A stretch of 64,000 nt of DNA, taken from NCBI GenBank assembly GCA_027310185.1, contig DAIDBH010000017.1:64001-128000 (forward strand), read 5' to 3'. Source of the DNA: Thermoplasmatales archaeon. GTDB lineage: Archaea > Thermoplasmatota > Thermoplasmata > Thermoplasmatales > Thermoplasmataceae. The translations under genes and the position numbers were made by a program. A model generated the notes under the pieces. It was not told where the DNA came from. It worked only from the letters and a program-made list of their open reading frames with translations, and made no database searches. Within the stretch, counting starts at the first letter, position 1. Each line of letters starts with the position of its first letter. Shown here in pieces: positions 18,974 through 28,084 of the stretch.

Positions 18974-20353
18974 ATGAATGTAGATCCAAATATCACAAAA
19001 TATCTGATAAAAGCAAAAATTTCTGCCGATGGGGTGGTTGAAAAACCTGATGTTGTTGGGGCCATATTTGGCCAGACAGAGGGTCTTCTCGGTGAAGAAC
19101 TAGATCTTAGGGACCTCCAGAAAGGAGGGAAAATTGGTAGAATAGAAGTTGAGATTGACAGCAAGAAGGGTAGGACTGAGGGTTTTGCCCTCATACCATC
19201 CGGTCTTGATCAGGTGGAAAGTTCTATCCTGGCAGCTTCTCTTGAAACAATAGATAGAATCGGCCCATGCAAGGCGAAGGTAGAGGTTGAAAGCGTCGAA
19301 GATGTCAGGCAGGAGCGCAGGAAGAAGATTGTTGAAAGAGCTGAGCAGTTATACAAGAAGATGAGCGAATCTGGAAAGACTGTGAGTGAGAGCATAATAT
19401 CAACGGTCAGGGAAGAGGTTGAGAGGGGAGAGATAATATCCTACGGAGAGGAAAAATTACCTGCAGGACCTGCAATAAAGGATTCTGATTCAATTATAGT
19501 TGTGGAAGGAAGGAACGATGTCCTGAATCTTCTGAAATACGGCATAAAGAATACCATAGCAGTACAGGGCACAAATATTCCAAGGGCTGTACAGAAACTT
19601 TCAACTGAAAGAACGGTAACAGTATTTCTAGATGGTGATAGAGGGGGAGACCTCATACTGAAAGAAATGCTTCAGGTTGCAGAAGTTGATTTCGTTGCCA
19701 GAGCACCACCAGGAACTGAAGTTGAGGAACTGAGCTACAAGCAGATCGTGAAGGCGCTGAGGTATAAAACTCCCACAGAGCAGTATCTTTCAATGAGAGG
19801 AATGAACGATGAGCTCAAGAACTTCAATGAGAAGAATGACAAGGATGCAAACAAGGAGAAGCACGAGCCGGAACACGTTAAGAATGACCAGAAACTGCAT
19901 GAACATGAGAGACATGAACAGAAGAAGCCTGAACATAGAGATCCGGAAATTGAGCCAAAGCACGAAAAACAGGAGCATCACCAGAGAGAAGTCCACGTGG
20001 TAGAGGAAAAGAAAGAACGCCAGAGTGAACCTGAGGAAAATAGAAAGACGAATAAATTTTCCATAATGGATCCAAACAGTGTGAGAAGAAGAATAACAGA
20101 GCTTCTTGAGAAGAAGGAAACCCAGGTAGTTGATGAGAAGGGAGAACCCATGGAGAGTTTCAATCTCGCAGAGGCACCTGATAAAATTTCAGAGATGGAA
20201 AAAGTAGAATATGTCATGACCGGTGGTGTCATTTCGCAGAGACTGGTAGATATCTGCCACAAAAAAGGGGTTAAGATTATCTATGGTGTAAAGAGAGGAA
20301 ACATCACCAAGAAACCGGAAGATATGAGAGTTGTGCCAATAGAAGAGGCGTAA
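18974..20353 (+). CDS. dnaG: Archaeal DnaG (TOPRIM; exosome-associated)
   Basis: KYLI, DVVGAIFGQTEGLLG, DRIGPC, VVEGRND and DGDRGG motifs. Confidence 0.95.
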   Translation: MNVDPNITKYLIKAKISADGVVEKPDVVGAIFGQTEGLLGEELDLRDLQKGGKIGRIEVEIDSKKGRTEGFALIPSGLDQVESSILAASLETIDRIGPCKAKVEVESVEDVRQERRKKIVERAEQLYKKMSESGKTVSESIISTVREEVERGEIISYGEEKLPAGPAIKDSDSIIVVEGRNDVLNLLKYGIKNTIAVQGTNIPRAVQKLSTERTVTVFLDGDRGGDLILKEMLQVAEVDFVARAPPGTEVEELSYKQIVKALRYKTPTEQYLSMRGMNDELKNFNEKNDKDANKEKHEPEHVKNDQKLHEHERHEQKKPEHRDPEIEPKHEKQEHHQREVHVVEEKKERQSEPEENRKTNKFSIMDPNSVRRRITELLEKKETQVVDEKGEPMESFNLAEAPDKISEMEKVEYVMTGGVISQRLVDICHKKGVKIIYGVKRGNITKKPEDMRVVPIEEA

Positions 20354-20356
20354 ATT

Positions 20357-21835
20357 TTGCCAAAAAGAAAAGCGAATACAACAGAAGATGTTAAAATACC
20401 ATCCAACCCACTGGACAGGGTAATAGGACAGGACGATGCAGTAAAGATAGCCAGGGTTGCAGCAAAACAGAGGAGAAACCTCCTGCTTGTAGGACCGCCT
20501 GGAATAGGGAAGTCCATGATTGCACAGGCGATGTCATTCCTGATCGAGGTTCCAGAACATGAAGTAAGAGTTATACACAACCTGATGTATCCAGAGAGGC
20601 CATATGTTGAGGTGAAGAGCAGGGCCCAGGTAGAGCAGGAAAGTGATGAGATTAATGCTGCCGATGGCATGATTGTTAGCCCGGAAGATATACCGGCTGA
20701 TGTGTCTGAAAAACTTGGTTACAGATGTCCGTCATGCGGGTATATTTCCATGTATACTGATACAACGTGCCCCAGATGCGGAGAGCAGAAAAATAAGAAT
20801 AATGCACAGGGCCCCTTTGGAGATATGTTTAACGTGTTAGGTGCTGCCCTTGGCGTACAGAACAACATGGAAAGAGTATCTTCGACCAGAAGAGTTGGCG
20901 AAAAGGAAGAAGTAATCATATATGAACGATTCAATGACAAGGTAAAGATTCTTGATGAAAAAGCCCTTGAAAGAAAGAAAAAGATGGAAAAAAAGAGCCC
21001 CAGCAAGGTCATAGTACCATTGAACAGGAACACATTCATTCTTGCAACAGGTGCCAGTGAGACAGAACTTTTAGGAGACGTAAGACACGATCCCTATGGG
21101 GGCCATCCACAGCTTGGCACAATGCCCTATGAAAGAGTTATAGCCGGTTCCATACATGAGGCACATGAAGGAGTCCTGTTCATAGATGAGATAACACACC
21201 TTGGTGAATTACAGAGATCCATACTTACAGCAATGCAGGAAAAGAAATTTCCCATAACAGGAAGGAACCCGCAAAGCGCAGGTGCAAGTGTTAGAGTTGA
21301 TTCTGTTCCAACTGACTTCATTCTAGTGGGTGCTTGTAATATCCAGGATCTTCCACAGATTCTTAGCCCATTAAGATCAAGAATTGCAGGTAATGGATAT
21401 GAGGTGCTTATGGAAGTATCAATGCCATACAATGAAAAGAATGTTGAAAGGTATCTTCAGTTTATTGCCCAGGAAATAATCAGCGATGGGAAGATTCCCC
21501 ATATGGAGATAGATGCAGCCATGATCATAGTCGAGGAGGGAAAGAGGAGGGCAAGCATAATAGATCACAGGGAAAATGCACTGACCCTCAGACTCAGAGA
21601 ACTTGGAGGACTGATCAGGGCAGCAGGTGATATTGCTGTGAGCAAGGAACACAAATACATAACAAAAGACGATATTATGGAGGCACTCAAGATATACATG
21701 CCAGTTGAGGAGAAAATAAACAAGATTTACGGCAATATGGGTAACGCCATTTCCAGCGAGTCAACAGCATCACAAAAAATGTCAGGTTACTATGGCGGCT
21801 TCCATAACTATTATGTGGATCCTTCCTACCAGTAA
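20357..21835 (+). CDS. LonB-like AAA+ ATPase with Zn ribbon, lacking the protease domain
   Basis: VIGQD, GPPGIGKS, CPSC..CPRC, LLGDVRHDP, LFIDEI and RLRELGGLIRAAGD motifs. The protein ends right after the ATPase lid. Confidence 0.88.
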   Translation: MPKRKANTTEDVKIPSNPLDRVIGQDDAVKIARVAAKQRRNLLLVGPPGIGKSMIAQAMSFLIEVPEHEVRVIHNLMYPERPYVEVKSRAQVEQESDEINAADGMIVSPEDIPADVSEKLGYRCPSCGYISMYTDTTCPRCGEQKNKNNAQGPFGDMFNVLGAALGVQNNMERVSSTRRVGEKEEVIIYERFNDKVKILDEKALERKKKMEKKSPSKVIVPLNRNTFILATGASETELLGDVRHDPYGGHPQLGTMPYERVIAGSIHEAHEGVLFIDEITHLGELQRSILTAMQEKKFPITGRNPQSAGASVRVDSVPTDFILVGACNIQDLPQILSPLRSRIAGNGYEVLMEVSMPYNEKNVERYLQFIAQEIISDGKIPHMEIDAAMIIVEEGKRRASIIDHRENALTLRLRELGGLIRAAGDIAVSKEHKYITKDDIMEALKIYMPVEEKINKIYGNMGNAISSESTASQKMSGYYGGFHNYYVDPSYQ

Positions 21836-21932
21836 TCCTTACTTTATTATATTAGTTTTTTTCGCTATGTGCAAATTTAGCATGTCATGACGATAGTTAA
21901 TAAAGTTAATATAATATCTATATGGTGATTAA

Positions 21933-22541
21933 ATGCCAATAGCACTTGGGGAAAAAGTCCCTGATTTTACCGTAAACACATCGAAAGGTCCCATAACCAT
22001 GTCGTCCTATAAGGGCAAGTGGGTTTTACTGTTTTCACATCCAGGAGATTTCACTCCTGTATGCACAACCGAATTCATGGCTTTCACAGAAAGATATGAA
22101 GATTTCAAGAAACTTGGTGTGGAACTCATCGGTCTCAGTATTGATAGCGTGTACAGCCATATAGCCTGGGTAAGAGATATCAAGGAGAAGTATGGAGTGG
22201 AGATACCCTTCCCAATAATTGCTGATGTCAACAAGGAAGTGGCAAACATATTCAATATCATAAACCCTGCAGATGGTATGACCGTAAGGGGCATCTTCAT
22301 AATAGATCCTAACCAGAAGGTAAGGTGGATGGCCTATTATCCTGCTGAGGTTGGAAGAAGCATATCTGAGCTCATAAGAGTTATCAAGGCACTTAAGTTT
22401 AACTGGGATAGAAAACTCGCAACACCAGCTAACTGGCAGGAGGGTGACCCTGGAGTTATGGGAGCGCCTGGAACACTTGAAGAAAGTTACGCAAGAGAAA
22501 AAGATGGCGCTGAGAGATGGTATCTTAAAAGAGTCAAATGA
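21933..22541 (+). CDS. Peroxiredoxin (Prx6/1-Cys type)
   Basis: FSHPGDFTPVCTTEF, IIDP and TPANW motifs. Single Cys. Confidence 0.95.
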   Translation: MPIALGEKVPDFTVNTSKGPITMSSYKGKWVLLFSHPGDFTPVCTTEFMAFTERYEDFKKLGVELIGLSIDSVYSHIAWVRDIKEKYGVEIPFPIIADVNKEVANIFNIINPADGMTVRGIFIIDPNQKVRWMAYYPAEVGRSISELIRVIKALKFNWDRKLATPANWQEGDPGVMGAPGTLEESYAREKDGAERWYLKRVK

Positions 22542-22876
22542 CCGATTGCGCAATGTACAATCTCACACTGGATGGATCACATCCATCCACAATTTGTGTG
22601 GAGATTTCGAAATTAAAGCCATCGCTTGAATCCCTGTATGAGATGATAGGTTCTGAATATCTTTCGGAATATTTATCAGATTTTATTTCTGAATTTGCAA
22701 GAACTGATGAGATCATGCCTGAGGATCATACACTTGGTTTTGTGATAGTCAATTCGAAGAAGAAGCATCTTTCATTTGCCTTCAATGGGCTGAAGGATGA
22801 CTATATTAAAGATATCAGGGAACTTGGATCAAAGATCCAGCAAAAGGGTTACACAGTTGAATATGACATTGATTGA
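22538..22876 (+). CDS. TA0956-family protein
   Basis: CAMYN...HPSTICV...FARTDEIMPED.TLGFVIVN pattern. ATGA overlap with the peroxiredoxin. Confidence 0.8.
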   Translation: MTDCAMYNLTLDGSHPSTICVEISKLKPSLESLYEMIGSEYLSEYLSDFISEFARTDEIMPEDHTLGFVIVNSKKKHLSFAFNGLKDDYIKDIRELGSKIQQKGYTVEYDID

Positions 22877-23015
22877 TGTTTCCAAATGAAAACCAGATGT
22901 TTCAAATATTTTTGATATCGCTACAGCTATAAAATTTTAACTTTTCAGCAATATGATCTCATTGTAGATTGGTTGTGTGATCAATTATATATATTCAACA
23001 ATCTTTTTGGATTTC

Positions 23016-23699
23016 ATGATGAATGAGGATGCTGAAAGCTCAGCACTGATAAGGGAAGAGGATAGGAGATTTTTGACCAGCCAGTTCAGGAAGAAGCTGA
23101 AAAAGCCTGTAACCCTGATAGTTTTCACATCCAGTGATAAAGAATGCATGTACTGCGAAAAGGCAGTTGAGATTATCAACGAAGTATCCAGCTTGAGTGA
23201 CAGGATCAGGACTTTGAGATATTCCTTTGAGAATGATAAGGAAATGATTGAGAAATATCAGGTGAAGAAATATCCTGCAATTATTGTAACATCTGAGAAT
23301 GTTGAAGATGGAAGAGTGGTATTTTACGGATTACCCTCTGGATATGAATTTGGTTCCCTCATAGAAAGCATAGAGAGTGCGTCTATGGATCAACCTGAAG
23401 TTGCAGATAAGGCTAGGGAGATAATTTCAGGAATTATTGAACCTGTGAAAATAACGGTTTACATCACACCCTCATGCCAGTACTGCCCGAGGGCAAGCAC
23501 TATGGCAAACAAATTCGCCATATTGAATCATAACATTAGATCTGAAATTGTGGAAATCCTGGAATTTGGAAAAGAAGATGAAATAAAAGATATAGAAAAA
23601 GTTCCGTATATCAGGGTAAACGACAGGATCACGGTAATAGGAACACACACTGAGGAGCAGTTTGCAGAATTTGTGATGGAAGCTACCAGAAAGGACTGA
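23016..23699 (+). CDS. Protein disulfide oxidoreductase (two thioredoxin folds)
   Basis: CMYC and CQYC motifs, plus GLPSGYEFGSL. Confidence 0.9.
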   Translation: MMNEDAESSALIREEDRRFLTSQFRKKLKKPVTLIVFTSSDKECMYCEKAVEIINEVSSLSDRIRTLRYSFENDKEMIEKYQVKKYPAIIVTSENVEDGRVVFYGLPSGYEFGSLIESIESASMDQPEVADKAREIISGIIEPVKITVYITPSCQYCPRASTMANKFAILNHNIRSEIVEILEFGKEDEIKDIEKVPYIRVNDRITVIGTHTEEQFAEFVMEATRKD

Positions 23700-23744
23700 T
23701 GATGATCTGCAAAAGATTTATTACAGGATTAAGGCTGTTGAACT

Positions 23745-24110
23745 ATGGAAAGCAATGATATTATTGCTGTATCAACAAACTACATCAGTGGGTACAGGGT
23801 TACAAAGGTTTTTGGAACAGTCTGGGGGCTGACCGTCAGGAGCAGGGGAATCGGCGGTAATGTTATGGCTGGATTGAGATCCCTTAAGGGAGGGGAGATC
23901 AAGGAATATATCACATTACTGAATGATGCAAGGAATATAGCACTGCAGAGACTGAAGGACGAAGCTAAGTCCCTTGGAGCCAACGCAATACTTGACGTGA
24001 GGTTTGATTCATCGGATTTTGCCCAGATGATGACAGAAATTGTGGCATATGGTACTGCTGTTATCGTGGAACAAACAGGCAAGCAGGGAGATCTTGTATC
24101 TCTTTCCTGA
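23745..24110 (+). CDS. YbjQ/UPF0145 family protein
   Basis: GGEIKEY, GANAILDVRFD and EIVAYGTAV motifs. Confidence 0.92.
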   Translation: MESNDIIAVSTNYISGYRVTKVFGTVWGLTVRSRGIGGNVMAGLRSLKGGEIKEYITLLNDARNIALQRLKDEAKSLGANAILDVRFDSSDFAQMMTEIVAYGTAVIVEQTGKQGDLVSLS

Positions 24111-24184
24111 TTTTCCGGTTAAGTGCAGTATATAATTGCAAATAGATCAAAGACTTAAATAATCAATTTACATTTAGTATTATC

Positions 24185-24484
24185 ATGATAGATTCACTGT
24201 GGGAATGGCTCATAGTAGGTGTTGTTATACTTGCCCTGTTTGGAAGTGCCAAGAAGATCCCTGATTTTGCAAGAAATCTTGGAAGGGCAACCGGTGAATT
24301 CAAGAGAGGACAGACAGAGATACAGCAGGAAATTAAGAAATCATTATTGGAGCCGGAGAAAGTTAATGAACCAGAGACAGATAAAATGATTGCACTTGCA
24401 CAGTCCATGGGAATAGAAACAAGCGGAAAGGATCCAAAACAGATAAGAGTAGAGCTTTCAGAAAAGCTTAAAAGTGATAATTAA
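24185..24484 (+). CDS. tatA: Twin-arginine translocase TatA
   Basis: N-terminal TM, then LFGSAKKIPDFARNLGRATGEFKRG. Confidence 0.93.
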   Translation: MIDSLWEWLIVGVVILALFGSAKKIPDFARNLGRATGEFKRGQTEIQQEIKKSLLEPEKVNEPETDKMIALAQSMGIETSGKDPKQIRVELSEKLKSDN

Positions 24485-25320
24485 TGGAAAATGGCCCGCT
24501 GAAGGTCATTACAAACAATATTGATGAACTGCGTTTCAGGGTTATAAGAATCGTAGCACCCATCCTGGTTTTTTTTAGTATTTTCCTGTTATTTGATCTC
24601 AGGTTTTTTAATATTAGCTTGGGCTCTTTCTCAGTTCAATTTCCTTTCATCTACCCTGATCCCTATGAAAATATGGGCGCCCAGTTCCTAAAACTCATAA
24701 TTGACCATGTTATAACAGAGCATTTCCAGCTGATTGCCATTAAACCCACAGATGGAGTGGTGGCTGACTTTTATTCCTGCCTGTTCCTGTCCATAATAGT
24801 AACATCACCAAATATTTCATACCAGACCGGAAAGTTCGTAGGACCCGCCCTTAAGGCTTCCGAAAAGCACCTGATCAAGACAACAATATACCCTGCACTT
24901 ATACTATTCCTGCTTGGAGCACTCGTAGGATTCTATTTTGTTGCACCACTCATGTTCAGGATCCTGTATGACTTTGACCTTGGTGTCGGGGCTCAGCCCA
25001 CAATGAGTATAACTTCCTTTGTTTCATTCTTCTTCATATATGTTCTTTCCTTTGGATTATCCTTTGAAACACCTGTCATCATGGTTGGATTGACATATCT
25101 CTCAATTGTGCCTGCAGCCTACTGGAGGAAGAACTGGAGATACGCCATAGTGGCAGCACTTATTTTCGGAGTGATATTTTCCCCAGGAGTAACTGGGTTT
25201 ACCATGATGCTACTGGCAATACCAATAATAGCATTGTATTTTGTGGGAATTTATGCATCCCAGAGAGTGGAAAGAAAGAAAAATAAGGAAATTCAGACAG
25301 ACCTAAATGGTCCCTCTTAA
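24484..25320 (+). CDS. tatC: Twin-arginine translocase TatC
   Basis: DELRFR, FVGPALKASEK, FETP and WRYA motifs, about 6 TM helices. Confidence 0.93.
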   Translation: MENGPLKVITNNIDELRFRVIRIVAPILVFFSIFLLFDLRFFNISLGSFSVQFPFIYPDPYENMGAQFLKLIIDHVITEHFQLIAIKPTDGVVADFYSCLFLSIIVTSPNISYQTGKFVGPALKASEKHLIKTTIYPALILFLLGALVGFYFVAPLMFRILYDFDLGVGAQPTMSITSFVSFFFIYVLSFGLSFETPVIMVGLTYLSIVPAAYWRKNWRYAIVAALIFGVIFSPGVTGFTMMLLAIPIIALYFVGIYASQRVERKKNKEIQTDLNGPS

Positions 25321-26028
25321 TTTCTGCCTGTATGATTCCAGTTCTTTGAGCCTGATTTTTTTTGTGTCAGTTGTTTCTATGTGGTGAGCATAGGACTTTA
25401 AGATCTCATTTCTCACAAACCTTGAACCCTTAATTCTCCTGAAAAAGCTGTTGTTTAATGAAATAGCTATGCTTTCAGCGTCTTCAAGGTTCCCCTCGCG
25501 ACTTATTAAACCATGATCCAGTGATTCCTTCAACGTTAAGATCCTGCCTGTGGCGAGCTCCTTCATTGCATTGCCTGGAATAAAATCCCTCATTCCTTCC
25601 GGAGGTATCATGATTGACGGAAAATCGTAGAGAATATCAGGAAAGCCATATTTACTGTCTTTTTCACCTACAGAATAATCACTTATTAATGCCAGCTCAA
25701 GCCCTGCACCCAGTGTGAATCCCTTACAGAACGATATAATGGGTGCTTCATAGTTTCTTATAAGCTGCATGATGCCTGTCCCCAGCGATACAACAGTCAG
25801 AAGGAAATCATTGTCCTTTACAAGATGACATGAACAGTCATAGCCCATGGAAAAATTCTCTCCTGTAGATCTGATCACCACAGGTTTCAGGTTTCCGTCC
25901 GAAGTTATTGATGATAAATTCATGAACAATTGCTGCAGGGCCTCCAGATCCATTGAATTCTCAGGTATGTTGTTGATTATTAGTGAATGGATTGATTCAG
26001 TTTCCTCGTGAATTACCTTATTACTCAG
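25303..26028 (-). CDS. Divergent enoyl-CoA hydratase/isomerase (crotonase) family protein
   Basis: FSMGYD, GAGLELALISD, YGFPD and LATGR motifs. The frame extends upstream of the ATG at 25953 to a CTG at 26028. Confidence 0.75.
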   Translation of the reverse strand: MSNKVIHEETESIHSLIINNIPENSMDLEALQQLFMNLSSITSDGNLKPVVIRSTGENFSMGYDCSCHLVKDNDFLLTVVSLGTGIMQLIRNYEAPIISFCKGFTLGAGLELALISDYSVGEKDSKYGFPDILYDFPSIMIPPEGMRDFIPGNAMKELATGRILTLKESLDHGLISREGNLEDAESIAISLNNSFFRRIKGSRFVRNEILKSYAHHIETTDTKKIRLKELESYRQKLRGTI

Positions 26029-26294
26029 TACATTGTCAGGTTGTATCTCTCATCAACCTCCTCATAGGTCTTCCTGTCCCTGATGCCGAGGATGTCCGAT
26101 ACCTTCTTCATGATGTCTTCGTATGGAGATGCCTCTTTCCTTTCAATATATGGCCACTCTTCTCCAATGATCAGTCTCTTGACCCTATCACTGTACATGA
26201 ACTGGTAACCTTCCTTCTTCATCTCGTGGATCCTCTCTGCCACTTCTTCAGGTTTTTCCATGTTGCTGAACATGTGTTCAAGTTCTTCACTCAT
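26025..26294 (-). CDS. Hypothetical protein, translationally coupled in the nuo operon
   Basis: TGATG overlap with the upstream gene. Charged, about 89 aa. Confidence 0.65.
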   Translation of the reverse strand: MSEELEHMFSNMEKPEEVAERIHEMKKEGYQFMYSDRVKRLIIGEEWPYIERKEASPYEDIMKKVSDILGIRDRKTYEEVDERYNLTMY

Positions 26295-26644
26295 CACAGA
26301 TCACCACATCTCTTTCCATTGAATTCGGGGAATCTCACATTGTATCTATCAGCTGCATAATAAAGGTGGTATACGAAGTTCTCAAGAAAACCTTTCCTGT
26401 CTTCAACATCATAGACAAAGTTTGAATTCATGACGTTTTTCACAGTATCTATATCTATTTTGCCTCTCAGGAAATCATCAATGGACTGCATCACCTTGAG
26501 GTGGCTCCTTATTCTTTCGTTCTTTGATATATTCACTTCATTTTCCAGGCTCTTCAATTTCCTTTCAATAAGCTTCATTGCATCGTCTATCTCTCCTGAA
26601 AGGACTGCTGAATCAATTACTTCCAGATCATATAATGGATTCAT
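26294..26644 (-). CDS. Hypothetical helical protein, coupled to nuoN
   Basis: TAATG overlap with the nuoN stop. MNPLYDLEVID...GKRCGDL, 116 aa. Confidence 0.7.
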   Translation of the reverse strand: MNPLYDLEVIDSAVLSGEIDDAMKLIERKLKSLENEVNISKNERIRSHLKVMQSIDDFLRGKIDIDTVKNVMNSNFVYDVEDRKGFLENFVYHLYYAADRYNVRFPEFNGKRCGDL

Positions 26645-28083
26645 TATACACCAACTCCCAATCCTGAAACTATACTGCTCAGATATGGATATCCATAGAT
26701 CAGGAACGAAAGTCCTATGGACATCACTGCACCTATCACAACCGGCAGAAGTATGGAACCGGATAGGTTGAATTCCCTGTCCTCTGTTGCAGGTCTGAAC
26801 ATGACTACTATTACCCTCAGGTAGTAGAATACAGATATTGCACTGTTCAGTATACCTATAACCGCAAGATACCACAGATTTCCACTAATGAGTGAAAGGA
26901 ATAGATAGTACTTCGCAAAGAAACCTGCGGTTGGGGGTATTCCCGCAAGGGCAAGCATCATAATCCCAAGAGAAATGGCGAATACAGGGGACTTGAGGCC
27001 AATGCCTGAAAGATCATTTATCATGATTTTTTCCTTCTTCACAGCGCCTGATGCAATAAAGGCTCCTCCTTTCATGAATATATATACAAGAGAATAGTAC
27101 ATGGCGGCAAAAATAGCCACTGTTATTGCAAACTGGGATGCAGAACTGGAAACCACTGTCAGTACCAGGACCAGATATCCAGCCTGGGCTATGCTTGAAT
27201 ATGCAAGCATCCTTTTAAGATTGTTTTCCGAGAGTGCAGCGAAGTTTCCGTATGTCATCGTGATTATGGAAACTATTGTGAAAAGATAGAAAACATCCGT
27301 GCTCAAGGAGGAGAATCCAACCAGAAATACCCTCAGTATAATAAGGAATGCAAGTACCTTGGTTCCGGAAGAAAGGAATGCTGAAACAGGATTGTTAGTT
27401 CCATCGTAAGCATCTACCGCCCACTGCTGGAGTGGCACAAGAGCAAGCTTGAAACCGAATCCTACAAAAAGCAATATGAGCGCAAGAAGCATTGACGGCT
27501 TCGTCACATCGGTAATTGAGACTGTAGATACAAGGTTGAATGTTCCTGTTGAAAGGAAATAGAATGATGAACCAAGAACTATGAATCCGGTAGCAATAAC
27601 CCCAGTGAAGAAATATTTAGCTGAAGCCTCAAGATTTCTTTTTGACTTGCCGTGGGCTGACAGTATGTATGTTCCAACACTTACTCCCTCAAATGCTATG
27701 AAGATGAATATAAGATTAAGGCTGAATGCTGCAATGATCATGGCTATGTTTACAAACAGAAATATGGAAAAGAATATTTCCGGGTCGTGCTTCAGTTCTG
27801 AACCTGCCGTGAATGAGACATAGAGAGATGATGTTATCAGGATAAGGGCAAAGAACAGCCCGAAATTATTTATAACAAAGGCTCCTCCAAAGAATGAGGA
27901 ACTGCCTGAATCAAGCAGTAGCAGCATTACCATTGATATGAGCAGTGCTATAATTGAAACGATGGTGTATACCATCCAGTTTTTTACCCTTCTTCCCATC
28001 AGCAACATTCCAAAAGCCACTAGGCCGAGGAATATTTCAGGGTAGAGGGACTTTAGAATCGAAGAATACAATACAAACGTCAT
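26644..28083 (-). CDS. nuoN: Complex I subunit N
   Basis: EASAKYF, GFKLALVP..W..DAY, KRMLAYSSIAQAGY and LAGIPP motifs. Confidence 0.93.
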   Translation of the reverse strand: MTFVLYSSILKSLYPEIFLGLVAFGMLLMGRRVKNWMVYTIVSIIALLISMVMLLLLDSGSSSFFGGAFVINNFGLFFALILITSSLYVSFTAGSELKHDPEIFFSIFLFVNIAMIIAAFSLNLIFIFIAFEGVSVGTYILSAHGKSKRNLEASAKYFFTGVIATGFIVLGSSFYFLSTGTFNLVSTVSITDVTKPSMLLALILLFVGFGFKLALVPLQQWAVDAYDGTNNPVSAFLSSGTKVLAFLIILRVFLVGFSSLSTDVFYLFTIVSIITMTYGNFAALSENNLKRMLAYSSIAQAGYLVLVLTVVSSSASQFAITVAIFAAMYYSLVYIFMKGGAFIASGAVKKEKIMINDLSGIGLKSPVFAISLGIMMLALAGIPPTAGFFAKYYLFLSLISGNLWYLAVIGILNSAISVFYYLRVIVVMFRPATEDREFNLSGSILLPVVIGAVMSIGLSFLIYGYPYLSSIVSGLGVGV

Positions 28084-28084
28084 T

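Noticed and set aside
26645-26875. N-terminal extension of ORF 26294..26875
   Set aside because: It overlaps nuoN out of frame. The coupled ATG at 26644 is the better start.
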